Assembly (NCBI GenBank): GCA_032718475.1
Contig: JAUCBJ010003493.1
Coordinates: 1-64,000, forward strand
Direction: 5' to 3'
Source: Nemertoderma westbladi
Lineage: Eukaryota; Animalia; Xenacoelomorpha
DNA length: 64,000 bases
Below are positions 35,224 through 46,670 of this stretch, one piece after another. How positions within the stretch are numbered: the first letter of the stretch is position 1; each line of letters opens with the position of its first letter. The position numbers were made by a program, and so were the translations under genes. The notes beneath the pieces were generated by a model. It worked only from the letters and a program-made list of their open reading frames with translations. It was not told the DNA's origin and did no database searches.

Positions 35224-35982
35224 TGTTGGACGCAACTCACTTCGTATGCATTCCTCGTATGCAAATACAAGGAAATGCATAGGAGCGGGGTTGTGGTGAT
35301 TTGCGTTGAGTTTTGTCTGGTGGGTATCAAAACAAAATTTTATTTTCAAAAATTTTTTGGAAAATTTAAAATTTTAAAAATTAGAAGTGAACCCAAGACA
35401 ATTCCAGACGCTGTGTATAGACGCGTTTTAGAATTCGTCTATAGATAAACAGTAATTTGAAAAGTCGTGAAGCCTGGAAAATAGCATTTAGAAACCATGG
35501 TGACGGCTATATTACGTAGGAGTGTAAATTGAGTTTAGCAACTTCCACAGATTGGTGCCAACAGTGCAACTAAGGTGCTAAAGGTTAGTAGCACCAGAGG
35601 CGTGCACGGACCCCACTCAGTAGTTTGCAGGATGTGTGATGTTCGATTATCAAACCTGTGGGTTTGGTATAGTCGAGTATTGTGGCTATGGTCCTTTCTA
35701 ACTACTGTAGTTTAGTACGAGTAATGGGAGTAGTTTGGTCATCAAAAAGTGAGTTGGTCACGGCCAGTTTATCTCCAAAGTTTTTGCGCTATGCATGGGA
35801 ATAGGTTAGAGGATAGTTAGTTAGGAAGAGACGGGATCTAGAGAGTCGAACCTGAACTGCTGGAAGGCGAGGGGGTTCGGGAGGTCTGTCCTTCGGCGGC
35901 ATCTAACTGATTTACCCACAGTGTAGTTGGTTACGTAACGGCACTTATTGGGATATATATATATGTATATACGCGTAACATA

Positions 35983-36999
35983 ATGGAGAGGGATATTAGA
36001 GCGCAACCGCGCAGAGGATTTACTGCCAGAGAGGAGGCGGAGCTACCATTCGCGCGACCAGGATGTAAAGACTCTAACGTTTACTACCATGGGCGGTCCG
36101 TGATTGAGCTGAACGGGAAGTATAAACCAAGTTATGATAAAGAATTACGGAGAGAAAGAATGAGAGCGTTGGGGGACCGGATGGAAGTCTTGCGGAGAGA
36201 GTATCGCACGCGGTATCCCTACGACTTTGCTTTGGACGTGTGCGACATTAGCGCAGATCCGGACGAGGAAATCGCACGACTATACCATATGAATATGTAT
36301 TTACGACATGAGGAGCCTCTACCTGCAGTCCGAGACCAGTTCGACGGAATGCACCTGTATCGGAGGACTCGAGGCGAGGATCAGGAGACGCCGAAAGTCT
36401 TCAGCGTGTACAAGCTGTTCTACAAGTGTGGTGAATGCATGAATAAACAGGACGTGGCGATTCCCGACCGATTAGACGAGCAACATCCGGAACCGATATT
36501 AACGCGATGTCCAGCTCACCAATTCCTTAGATACAACGAGGGAGGTTACCCGATGAGCAACCCGATGATCAGTATCGACTTCAGCGGAAAGCGACCTCCG
36601 AGACCCATTACGCCGACCGTTACGACATTAGATCCGTATACGGAGATTAAACCCTGTTCGACACCCAGTTTGATAGAGACGGCAGCGGCCATTTCGCTGT
36701 ACCGAGCCTATAAGGATCTAGAGGCGCGGCGCGAAGCGGCGCGGGACTCGGGTACCAAACCCGCGGGTTTGGAGCTCTCGAGTCCCTGGACTACGTTTAC
36801 TTCACCTCACCGAGTGAGAAGCCTCACGCCTGAGCATCAGGACGACATAGACGCGTTGCGGCAGGAGGAGCGAGCGGCGAAGGCGAAAGAGTTATTTGAG
36901 AACAGGATAGCGGAGTATAATAAGACCGCGGATAGACATCAAGAGGAGACGAGGAGAGTGACCGGATTTGTTCCACAGGTCGTATCTCAACTATTTTAA
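35983..36999 (+). CDS. Extra ORF (ORF3) of BEL element 1, unknown function, putative CxxC..CxxH zinc-binding protein; probably 3'-truncated
   Basis: 338-aa ATG-initiated ORF between pol and the 3' LTR, with LFYKCGEC...RCPAHQFLRY and no hydrophobic segment. Its stop codon lies inside the LTR remnant. Confidence 0.75.
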   Translation: MERDIRAQPRRGFTAREEAELPFARPGCKDSNVYYHGRSVIELNGKYKPSYDKELRRERMRALGDRMEVLRREYRTRYPYDFALDVCDISADPDEEIARLYHMNMYLRHEEPLPAVRDQFDGMHLYRRTRGEDQETPKVFSVYKLFYKCGECMNKQDVAIPDRLDEQHPEPILTRCPAHQFLRYNEGGYPMSNPMISIDFSGKRPPRPITPTVTTLDPYTEIKPCSTPSLIETAAAISLYRAYKDLEARREAARDSGTKPAGLELSSPWTTFTSPHRVRSLTPEHQDDIDALRQEERAAKAKELFENRIAEYNKTADRHQEETRRVTGFVPQVVSQLF

Positions 37000-37507
37000 A
37001 TATTCTCGCATTCACACATTACGTTAGGGAACCTCCAGTATTCGCGATTAGAAAGACGTAGGTAATAGCGTGCTTTAATAGTGATAATATTAGGCGTAAG
37101 AATACTCTGAGTGCAAGGCCTCTCGCACTCGTCTTAAGTAAGCTTAGGGAGCCGACTCGGGTTTATTGTTTTGGTTATTCCTGCGTGGCTCATAGATTCG
37201 AACAGTTAGCTCTCTATCGAGCAATCGGTAGAGAAAGGAACAAGCGATTTTGCAGGAGTTGTGTAAATTTAGTAAAATATATTAGTGGACGGCAGATTAG
37301 CGCCATCCAACGGTAAGTAGCGGTTTTGTATTTAGCAACCCTTACAATTTAGTAATAGCACGCTCCTGATCCCCTTTACTTAACAGTAGAGCAGTCTTTG
37401 TGTCTTATTGGTTAGACGAGAACTTATTAGGTTGGCAGAAGGATATTAACGGGTATTGGTCTGTTCAACAGTTCTGCTGTTAGTATAGAGGTCGCGGTTG
37501 TTTATCA
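36992..37507 (+). repeat. 3' LTR of BEL element 1, missing its first ~1.7 kb
   Basis: No differences seen by eye versus 26286-26801; followed by TSD GATGG. Confidence 0.9.
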
Positions 37508-37512
37508 GATGG

Positions 37513-37734
37513 TGTGGCAAGACCGGACACACATATGAGCAATGTTACAAGCGAATGCGCGCAGAATCAGCAGAACAAGCCGGTGTAGCGCTTGATTCAG
37601 CACAGGGCTTCCGAAGTTCTGCATCTGAAACAGCAGCGAATCGGCAGCGAATCTACCAAAAATTATACCGAAAAAGTTTGCGGGAAATTTCACGCAATCC
37701 AAAGTTCAGCAGCCCCCTATCTAGACACATATGA
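37513..37734 (+). pseudogene. 3' part of the gag-like ORF split by BEL element 1
   Basis: Removing the element and one TSD restores the in-frame zinc knuckle CTYRW-CGKTGHTYEQC. Confidence 0.75.
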
Positions 37735-38329
37735 GTCGTTAGCCATGAACTAGATAACTCAAACAGCAGACTATTATTATATTCTCTTGAATACATATAT
37801 TATAATCAAACCATTGTTTATATTTCTTTACTTTTTGTTACATGTGCGTCATATACTACGAATAATCCTGTGCAAGCGCACTGCAATACTTGCTTATTGA
37901 AATTTACTTTATATCTCATAAATTACTCACGTGCCATGCATATTTAGGTTCGCAAATACAGTATATGTTCCTCTTAATTATTAAGTACATGTATCGTTTT
38001 GTGAGAAATATTTAATAATAAATTTTATAAAAGTTTTATTTTTTTTGTTTGTTACTTTATTGCATCTCACTTTGACCACAGTGTCGTTCCTGGCACTAGA
38101 GTCTCATATTGACCTTTGTGTCTCACTTTGTTGGGGGTTTGGGGTTGTTGTCATCTGAAATGTATTATGATTTTTTGAGACACCAATTCCCGGGCGAGTA
38201 ACACGTTTTACCCCAGAACAAATACTACATACTAATCCTGTAATCTCTACTATAAACTATGTTACAATATAACTACTGTAAATATAAACTACACTCACAT
38301 TGCAGCGCAGACTGGTGTGGCAGTAAAAA

Positions 38330-39290
38330 GTACTTCGAAGTTCTGTAGGGAGAATGAGTGGTCCGTCCCAATCCAGTGGTCGAAAACCGTTGAATTTCTG
38401 CGGACAGAAATCTCTATTGACTTTCCACTATGTTCGCCTACACGTACGCGAAGTTTAGAGATAGATGTACCAATATACTGTACGTAGCATTACAGCTACT
38501 GTACTACAGGAAAAAAGATAAACAATCTTGGAGCGCATATGTTAGGGAGCTAAATCTTTAATTCTGAAAATTGAAGACAACCTATTAACAGGTCTAAAAA
38601 GAATACGTAGTTTGGTGGCAGGTAGGGCATCCCTGAATAGGCGATGTAGCCTGTTCTTAAGTACCATACAATGTGGACCTGTAAAGGAGAGTACGATACA
38701 CAGTGGGCGTTGTTCGACAGTTGTACAGTAACAGGGTCGCGTGGGGGTGTATTCACTTTACAGAGAAAAACACGTATAATAGATTCAAGGAGGGCTTTAG
38801 GGTTACCGTTCTTTCGTAGCGTAGCCCTAAGGTCTAAAAGTCCCACATGAAAAATACTGTACTGTATGAGGTTGAAATTCGAAATAATCGTTTAAATAAG
38901 GTAGAAAGTAGACCAATTTTGTAACTAAAGGGAATAAAACTAAAGTAACTAGTATAAAGGCCGGTGTATGTTGGTTTACGATATATACAGTAGAAGTAAT
39001 AAGATTAAATGAGTTATCTTGTGTAAGTAACTAGTACATCGAGAAAGGGAAGGGATGAGTTATGTTCCTGTTCGCAAGTAAACTCAATATATTTGTGTTT
39101 TGAGTTTAAGTAAGCAAGAAACTGGTCTGACTGGAGTTTATTATTAAAAATAAGGAAAGTTTCATCTACATAGCGCCTGTAAAGTTTCGGTTTAAAGGAT
39201 GGGGGGGGGGGGGGCATTAATTAATCCAGTTCAGTTCGAAGTGAGCTGAAAATGCATTACAAATGGCCATGGCTATAGAGTCCATAGCTA
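38330..39290 (-). mobile_element. Degenerate Penelope-like element (RT plus GIY-YIG endonuclease)
   Basis: YRRYVDETF..EFTCEQE..LPFLDVLV at 39014-39217; YIGTSISKLRVRVGEH at ~38430-38480. Confidence 0.85.
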
Positions 39291-40919
39291 CAAATTTCTT
39301 AACACCTACAGTATTTCTAACAGCAGACCTACCGGTCTCATATGTTAGAGTGAAATAGGAGGGAAGTACAAATAAATAAATATTCAGCTCGTGTATTTCT
39401 GCCTGGTAATATCAATATTAATTAAATAAACGAATTGTAGTTGAGCTGTTAATGAAACTAATTAATGATATTGTAATAAGTTGTTCAGAAATGGACAGTT
39501 CGTATACAAAAATTTTTGACGTTTGGCAAAATTTTTACACTGCCGAATACTAGGCAAGGCAGTGTAGCCACTACATTGTAATATTAATTAAGAAATTAAG
39601 CATAGCAAATGGACACCGGTGATAATAAACATAATAAAAAAATATTAAAGAGATTGATTCGGTGTCCTTGAAATCCTTTTATAGGTGAGATTTGTTTACC
39701 TGTAGTATTAAATTTCACGTAAACTCTCTTCAGCCCTCATAGATGAAATGAACCATTACTTCGTATCCCAGACATTCTTCAGATTGGTCGTGATTTTATA
39801 TTATTATTACAAAGCTTGCGTTGCAAGGATTCCAAATATGTAAGAATGTCTGAATTTTATAGAGAAACAGCTGAGATATACTGTACTGTAGACGTTATTT
39901 TTAAAGATTGCAAAGATTATCGTTGCTAGAATGTAACAGGCCAGTATAAACTTAATTAATTCCTCATTAAATCGCCGCATTATTAAAATAAATATGTAAA
40001 ACAACCCTATTGATGTTTCCCTAGAAATAATATATTCTAGAATTATTGTTATTCTAGTAACCTTATTTTGTATGAAATGCTTCTGCTCTGCAGTTGTACA
40101 TTACAGCGGCTACCGGTTAAACAAATATGTATTGAACGTTAGTTTAATAATTATTTCAAGGAATTTCATTATTATTGCAGCTACAGTATACATAATAAAC
40201 AGTAGCTTACATAATATCCAGCTGAATTGAATAATACTGTACGTACCGTACAGACAGTAGCATCTATAGTAACCCGTTGAAGCAGTGATCATATCTACCG
40301 ACCTACCAGAATGAATGTTCAAGTTGCTTTTATCGTCTATCTGTTAATGGATCTTCTGATATGTAAGTTTTCATTATAAATCTACACAATATCTATACAA
40401 CCAGATGTTAAATTTAAATATCAAATTAAATGTCAGATTTTCTGCAATCGTAGTTGTATATTCAAGGACGAACTTTAAATAGGAAATGGGCTATTTACAC
40501 GAGACATGATCATGAACAATGAACATGGTTGTTTGTGTTTTGAAACGTTAAAATTCAAGGAACTTTGGTCATTAAAAAAAGAAAACATTAAAAAAATAAA
40601 GTAGCAAAAACTAGCTACTACAAAAATATCCCGGTTATGGGTACACATACTGTAGTAGTGCCTAAAATTCGAGGAAATTTGGTCATCAAGAACAATTTAT
40701 TTTCTGCCAATTTTCTAGAAATAGTTTTAAAATATAATCTTACTAGGCCTACAATGTACTGTATACATTTAAACCAACCAACATACAGTAGTAATCTGAC
40801 AAACAAATAAAGTATAGGGCCTCTACGTCTAAACCAATCAATACAATACTGTATGTATACTGTACACACACAAATAATAAATAATATCCAGCGACGTAAT
40901 AATCAACCAGGAATAATAA

Positions 40920-42185
40920 TTGTGATGTGGGGCGAGCCACGAAAGTAAGGTACAGGTAGGTAGCACAGGTAGCTTAGCATACAGGTAGTACAGGTAGCTT
41001 AGCATACAGGTAGTACAGTACAGGTAGCTTAGCATACAGGTAGTACAGTACAGGTAGCTTAGCACACAGGTACCACTAACTCAATCGGTATGACTGTTGT
41101 TCTGTCGTTCTGTTGTGTTCAATTTTCAACGTTAATAACCAACGTCAACGCCAAATCTTAATGAAATCTATCCAAACTTGGTACACATGTAGTCTGGCAA
41201 ATGTTTAGAAATTATTCAAGTTGAATTTTCGCGTGGCCTTCGAGAAGCTAAGATAATAGCAGTTAATTAGTTAATTAAGTTGATTACGGTAACATCAGCA
41301 ATTTCACATGCATCTTAAAGGATATGAATTATTTTCTCGTATAAGATTAAATTAATTATAATTAACAATTATAAAGCTGTATTCTCCATACTCTATTTGG
41401 CCCAATCCATTAAAGTTTTTAATTAGCTCAATAGATTTGCTTTAAGAAATGTGTTTTTAATTGATCTAAACGTAATTAAGTTAAAATGCATCCCATCACT
41501 CTATACTTCCATAGCTCCATCATTCCTTGACATTCTTGCTAGTCTAGCTGTGAAGGGGAACCAGTCCAACCACCCCATCACTACTCAAAGGCAGCATTGT
41601 AATGGGCCAGACTAATAAACCAGCTTGGTTATTGTGTGGGACGAGCCACAAAAGTAAGCGAGCTTAGCATACGGGTACCACTAACTCATCAGTGTGTCGG
41701 TCGTTCTGTTGTTCTGTCGTTATGTGGGGCGAGCGACAAAAGTAAGCGAGATTAGCATACAGGTACCACTAACTCAATCGGTGTGTCTGTTGTTCTGTTG
41801 ATCTGTTGTGGGGCGAGCCACGAAGTGAGTGGGCCTTAGCGTAGTGGTACCATTAATCAACCAGTCGTTCTGTCGTTCTTGTTCAATTTTAAACGTTAAT
41901 AACTCGGCCAATCTTCGATAAAATCTATCCAAACTTGGTACACATGTTGTTTGGCAAAAGTTTAGAAATTTTCCAAGTTGAATTTCCGTGTGGCCTTCGA
42001 GAAGCTAAGATAATAGCAGTTAATTAGTTAATTAAGTTGATTACGGTACTTTTTTGCGGTGTTCAATTTTGAACGTTAATAACTCGATCAATCCTCGATG
42101 AAATGTAACCAAACTTGGTACACAAATAGTCTGTCAAAAGTTTAGAAATTTTCCAAGTTGAATTTGCTTGGGGCCTTCGTGCAGC
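40920..42185 (+). mobile_element. Cluster of tandem Helentron-associated (HINE-like) elements with internal minisatellite (40955-41075)
   Basis: Four TGTGGGGCGAGCCAC-type heads, CTGTCGTT/CTGTT microsatellites and repeated AATCTATCCAAACTTGGTACACA bodies. Another fragment lies at 58325-58410. Confidence 0.55.
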
Positions 42186-42542
42186 ACCAGTGTAACTGTC
42201 TTACTGTTATAATAAATTTATTTATCCAAAATTATAACGCTTGACATCAGCAGGTTGCTAGGAGACTAAATCAGCTGGGTTTCTAGCAAATTACGAAATT
42301 ACAGTACTGCAGTAATACCATTGTGGCCTGTCTGCCTGTACCGGTACTATACTCAATGTCAATCCCTGAATTAGGAATCCTGCAATCAGACAATACAGCA
42401 ATACTGCAATACCATACTGTATTCGATGTTTTACGGTACTGGCTGACTGGTACTGCGGTACCGGTGCAGTGATTATAGATCACGTATCGGTATACTAGTA
42501 GCCTACAGCCAGGTTGGAATTTATGTAGAGTTTGCTCAACAT

Positions 42543-42665
42543 GTGTGGCACGCATTTAGGATCCTGGCGCGAAGGAACAGGGGCGTGTGGCGCGCATTTA
42601 GGATGCTGGCGTGAAGGAACAGGGGCGTGTGGCGCGCATTAAGGATCCTGGCTGCCTGGCGCGGA
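42543..42665. repeat. Three tandem ~42-bp GC-rich units
   Basis: GTGTGGCGCGCATTTAGGATCCTGGC(GCGAAGGAACAGGGGC) x3. Confidence 0.8.
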
Positions 42666-43084
42666 AATGGATGTCATGTACAGTAGCAAAATGCACTGGC
42701 ATGGCAACATATCCAGCCACTCTACTTGAAATTATACCGGTCTGCCAGTAGAGCCTATTTTTAAAAAGAGTTAGGCCTAGGCCTTAAAAATTTTCGCTCG
42801 CTTCGCTCGCGTTTGTGTATTATGCCTGCCTACTGTACGCTCTACTCTTATTCATCATTCTAATAACTATAACAGGGATATTTGATTAGTGATATTTTAT
42901 TACAGTGTTTGTTTATTAACCTAGGCCCCTATAGAAGTAGTTCCGTGCCTTGAACTGTTTTGCACTCCCACATTATGGACAAACCGACAGATTGAGCATT
43001 AAAGGTACCGGTACCGTATCCAATCCACGTTAATTGTCATGGCCAATCAGGCCAAAGTTTTAATGTCTTTCAAAATATGAGTTG

Positions 43085-44324
43085 TGTAAAAGCTTTTGCG
43101 GATATAACCAGTCATTTTCTCCGCAATGTACCGTGTAGGTGCTTTTAGTGGACATAACAAGCCATTTTTACCCGTTATGTCTGTATGTGTGCTTTAGCGG
43201 ACATAACTAGCCATTTTTCCGCAATTCGCTTAATACTCTAAAAGATGACTCAGATGACGCAATCTGTCAGCTGATTTACTGCCAACGCGGAACCTGAATC
43301 TCTCTTTGTTCTTTGTTCGGCTCAGCCAATCAGAGCGATTTTCACTTTGTGTTGGACAGTGCCTACAGAAAACTCACGCAATTCAGTTCAGTGTGTATCT
43401 TTCTATATCCAGAACACCGGCTTAGGATTCTTCTGTACTTCTGTGGAAGTTTCAGACTTTGACCTAAACCTCAGAAACATCAGATGGCTTTGATTAAAGG
43501 TACGTAAAACTATTAACGCAGCACACCGCCACACCGCGGCACTACGCAACGCAATTCAACTACTGAATCATTGCTGAATCATACTTCATATCTGAATCGC
43601 CACACCGTGGCACTACGCAACGCGATTCAACTACACATACTGACTGTTCACCGCATTATTTGATTCTGTTATTAATTGGTGTTACAGTGTTATGTTTGTA
43701 TATATTTCTGATATATTTGGAGAATACCGATGAATAATCATAAAACCCACAATCTCTTTGATTACTAAAGGTTAGAGGAACAGGTTTACCGGTAGCAACT
43801 GCGACTTACATTATAGTGGTTTTTGTGTGAATTGAATGCTATTTCATAATCCCTACATGTGTCAGTTGCGATCCTCCTTATATATGATCAAATTCAGTGA
43901 CGGTCGGCAGATCAGTGCGCAGTAGTGTGAACTAGTGTGAAGTCGTGTGAAGTAGTGTGAAGGTTAATAAAGCATCTCCTAAAGAATGCGCTTTTTACGA
44001 AACTCCGTAGCCATCCAGTTGTGATTTGTATAAGTCATAACTCTGTTTTATACTTAAAGCGCCACGTCCTAAAGGAACTGTTAATATTTCCCCGAAAGTA
44101 AATATATTGTCAGAGATTATATATTAACGATCAATCGAATAATACAGTAGGTCTACACTGCAATCACTATCAAAGCATCCGAATCCAGTCTCCCTTAACT
44201 GTGGGTGAATGGTCGCGCACAGGCTGGCTTCGGCTGATGTACCTTCAGTACATTAAATAATTGATATACAAAAAGACACCTAAAATTGGCAGGTTGAACT
44301 GCTAAAGGTCTAAAAGCGCGAACA
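43085..44324 (+). repeat. 5' LTR of BEL element 2
   Basis: About 98% identical by eye to 54765-56005. Internal sub-repeats at 43085-43230 and 43520-43640. Confidence 0.95.
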
Positions 44325-44471
44325 TGAATAGTTTTATTCTTGTTATATATATATCGCGTTACATTGAGTAACGGTATTGGTAATAAATCACTAGGCTTAT
44401 AGTTGATACTGAATTACTAGACTTACTTTAACTGTAGTTATAGTAGTAGGCATTCAACTGTACAATCAAAC

Positions 44472-46670
44472 ATGTCTGACACAAAACAAACACTGTCAGA
44501 TAGTCTCTTAGAAAGTGCTAGAATGAGTGTTAGACAGGGTCTTAAAAAGATCTGGGACTCAGCTAAGAGTATAGAACGTCTGAGACCAAAGTCCAAGTCC
44601 CCTCCTACTGTAAGCAAGGTCATCCCTACAGTATGGACCCCAATGCGACAAGGTGAGCTGACTGCCTTGGCAGATAAGCTTTCTCTTAGCGCAGTGGGTG
44701 TTCAAGAGCACCGAATGCAGACTGGACAGACTGATGAGGTTCTGATTAAGGACATGGGGGGCGGTTGGCGACTCGCCCTCGCGTCAGCAGATGATAGTGG
44801 CAATGGTGGAATTGGTCTATTGATGAATCCAACTGCACATGCAGCATTGGACAAAATAGACAAAATCTCTAACCGCATCATCCGTTGCCACTTCTCATGT
44901 TCTGGAAGACTGGCTAAGACGTTTCCTAAGGTGGTTCTGATTGTGTGCTACTCTCCAACTAGTGTTGCCCCTGTAGAGGAGGTGGAAAATTTCTACCACA
45001 ATCTACAAGCAGCTACTGATGGAGTGGATCAGCATGCATTCTTAACATTCCTGGGAGACTTTAATGCAAGTCTGCATCAATCACCTACATCGCCCTGGGT
45101 CTATAGCAATAGTGTTAACCGAAATTCTGTCCATCTTCAGGATTTTATCTCTGGAAATGGATTGTTTTCGGCTGGAACCCAGTTCAAGAAGCGAACTGGA
45201 AAGCTATGGACTCATAGTGGACCCAGTGGTCACAAGTCCCAGATAGACCATATTCTGTTTCGTAGGAAATACAGGAGCTCTATACAAGACTTCAATGCAT
45301 TTACACTTCGACCCTTCTCCAGTGATCACCGCCTTATTGTGGCCAAGGTAAGACTTAGTCTGCGTGCTAGCAGAACAACGAAATCTGCTTTGCCGCGGCA
45401 TGACTGGTCCTCTCTGTTGCAACAGCCAAGTGTGAGATCCAGCTTCACACTACAGCTGAGCAACAGGTATGAGGCTCTTGCCTCTGAGGCGGCAGATCAC
45501 TGTGAGGGCTATACTGCCTTTACAGAAGCAGTTAAGTTAGCAGCTGCAGAAACAGTTCCTGTATACCCTCGAAACAGGAAAAGGGCCCCCTGGACTGACA
45601 ATAAAATTCAAAAGTGCCGAAATGACCTTCATAAGGCGCAGAAAGAGTCCCGACTCAAACAGACTACAGCGGCCAAGAATGCAGTTAAGGCTGCATCTAG
45701 GTCCCTGAACAGGCAGTACTCTGTTAATCTACAGGAGCTAATAAACCAACAGGTTGATGCCATCAATGATGCTGACAACAGCAGGCAATCATCCCAGGCA
45801 TGGAAATCGATCAATCTGCTTACTGGGCGGAAAAGCCAACCAACCACCAAGGTTAAGGCTGAATCACCAGCCGATCGCCTCAATGGTTGGAAAGCCCACT
45901 TTGAAAAGCTCCTCAATAATGACAGGGTATTGCCTGATAACTTTATAGAAGTAAAGGTGTCTGAGTCTGTACTCCCAGATATTCCCATTGGCGATATCTC
46001 CTTTGCAGAAGTGAAGGCTGCTGCAAAGAGCATTAAGACCAATCGTGCCAGTGGAGTAGATGGTGTTCCCCCTGAGGTCTTTAAAATACCTGAGTGTTTA
46101 AAGCTCATCTATCCCATCATAGTAGACATGTACCGTACAACAAGAGTCCCACAAGTAATGAAAACAAATAAGTTGGTGCCAGTTCCCAAGAAGGGCAACC
46201 TAACACTCTATGGTTCTTTTCGGGGAATCTCATTGATCTCGATTGCTGCAAAGCTATACAATAGGATTCTATTAAATCGCATCAGGGATCCCATTGAGAG
46301 ACTGCTCCGTGGAAATCAGAATGGGTTCCGTAAAGGTCGTGGGACCATGGAGCCCATTTTGGCACTTAGAAGGATAATTGAAGAATTATCAAAAAAGAAA
46401 GACAGGCATCTGGCTGTTATCTTTGTTGACTTCTTCAAGGCCTTTGATTCAGTCTCTCGCTCACGTATGTTCAGCATACTTTCATTATATGGGATTCCTG
46501 ATGAAATTATTGCAGCAATCAGATCAGTATACGATGGTTCGACAACATTTGTGTCTACTGTTGACGTGACACAGAACCATTTGAAGTGTTATGGGGCGTC
46601 CTCCAAGGAGACACACTTGCACCATTCTTGTTCATTATTGTGGTTGACTATGTTCTACGCATGTCCTTAG
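44472..46670 (+). CDS. Chimeric ORF: 54 aa of BEL Gag N-terminus fused in frame to LINE AP-endonuclease plus partial RT
   Basis: Junction at 44633/44634. APE motifs VQEHR, YSPT, GDFNA, QIDHI, SDH. RT motifs QNGFR, FVDFFKAFDSV. 1-bp deletion at ~46565 relative to the copy at 59370. Confidence 0.85.
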   Translation: MSDTKQTLSDSLLESARMSVRQGLKKIWDSAKSIERLRPKSKSPPTVSKVIPTVWTPMRQGELTALADKLSLSAVGVQEHRMQTGQTDEVLIKDMGGGWRLALASADDSGNGGIGLLMNPTAHAALDKIDKISNRIIRCHFSCSGRLAKTFPKVVLIVCYSPTSVAPVEEVENFYHNLQAATDGVDQHAFLTFLGDFNASLHQSPTSPWVYSNSVNRNSVHLQDFISGNGLFSAGTQFKKRTGKLWTHSGPSGHKSQIDHILFRRKYRSSIQDFNAFTLRPFSSDHRLIVAKVRLSLRASRTTKSALPRHDWSSLLQQPSVRSSFTLQLSNRYEALASEAADHCEGYTAFTEAVKLAAAETVPVYPRNRKRAPWTDNKIQKCRNDLHKAQKESRLKQTTAAKNAVKAASRSLNRQYSVNLQELINQQVDAINDADNSRQSSQAWKSINLLTGRKSQPTTKVKAESPADRLNGWKAHFEKLLNNDRVLPDNFIEVKVSESVLPDIPIGDISFAEVKAAAKSIKTNRASGVDGVPPEVFKIPECLKLIYPIIVDMYRTTRVPQVMKTNKLVPVPKKGNLTLYGSFRGISLISIAAKLYNRILLNRIRDPIERLLRGNQNGFRKGRGTMEPILALRRIIEELSKKKDRHLAVIFVDFFKAFDSVSRSRMFSILSLYGIPDEIIAAIRSVYDGSTTFVSTVDVTQNHLKCYGASSKETHLHHSCSLLWLTMFYACP

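Larger units (their letters stand above)
24586..37507 (+). mobile_element. BEL/Pao LTR retrotransposon 1 (12.9 kb), RT/RNase H deleted, with extra ORF
   Basis: TG...CA ends with 5-bp TSD GATGG at 24581-24585 and 37508-37512. Contains gag (DUF1759-like), Zn knuckles, protease and BEL-type integrase. Confidence 0.92.

Noticed and set aside
35983-36999. ORF3 as an env gene
   Set aside because: No signal peptide, transmembrane helix or Cys-rich ectodomain.
26286-37507. DIRS/Ngaro-type split direct repeats
   Set aside because: DDE integrase, TG...CA ends and a 5-bp TSD show an LTR element with a truncated 3' LTR.
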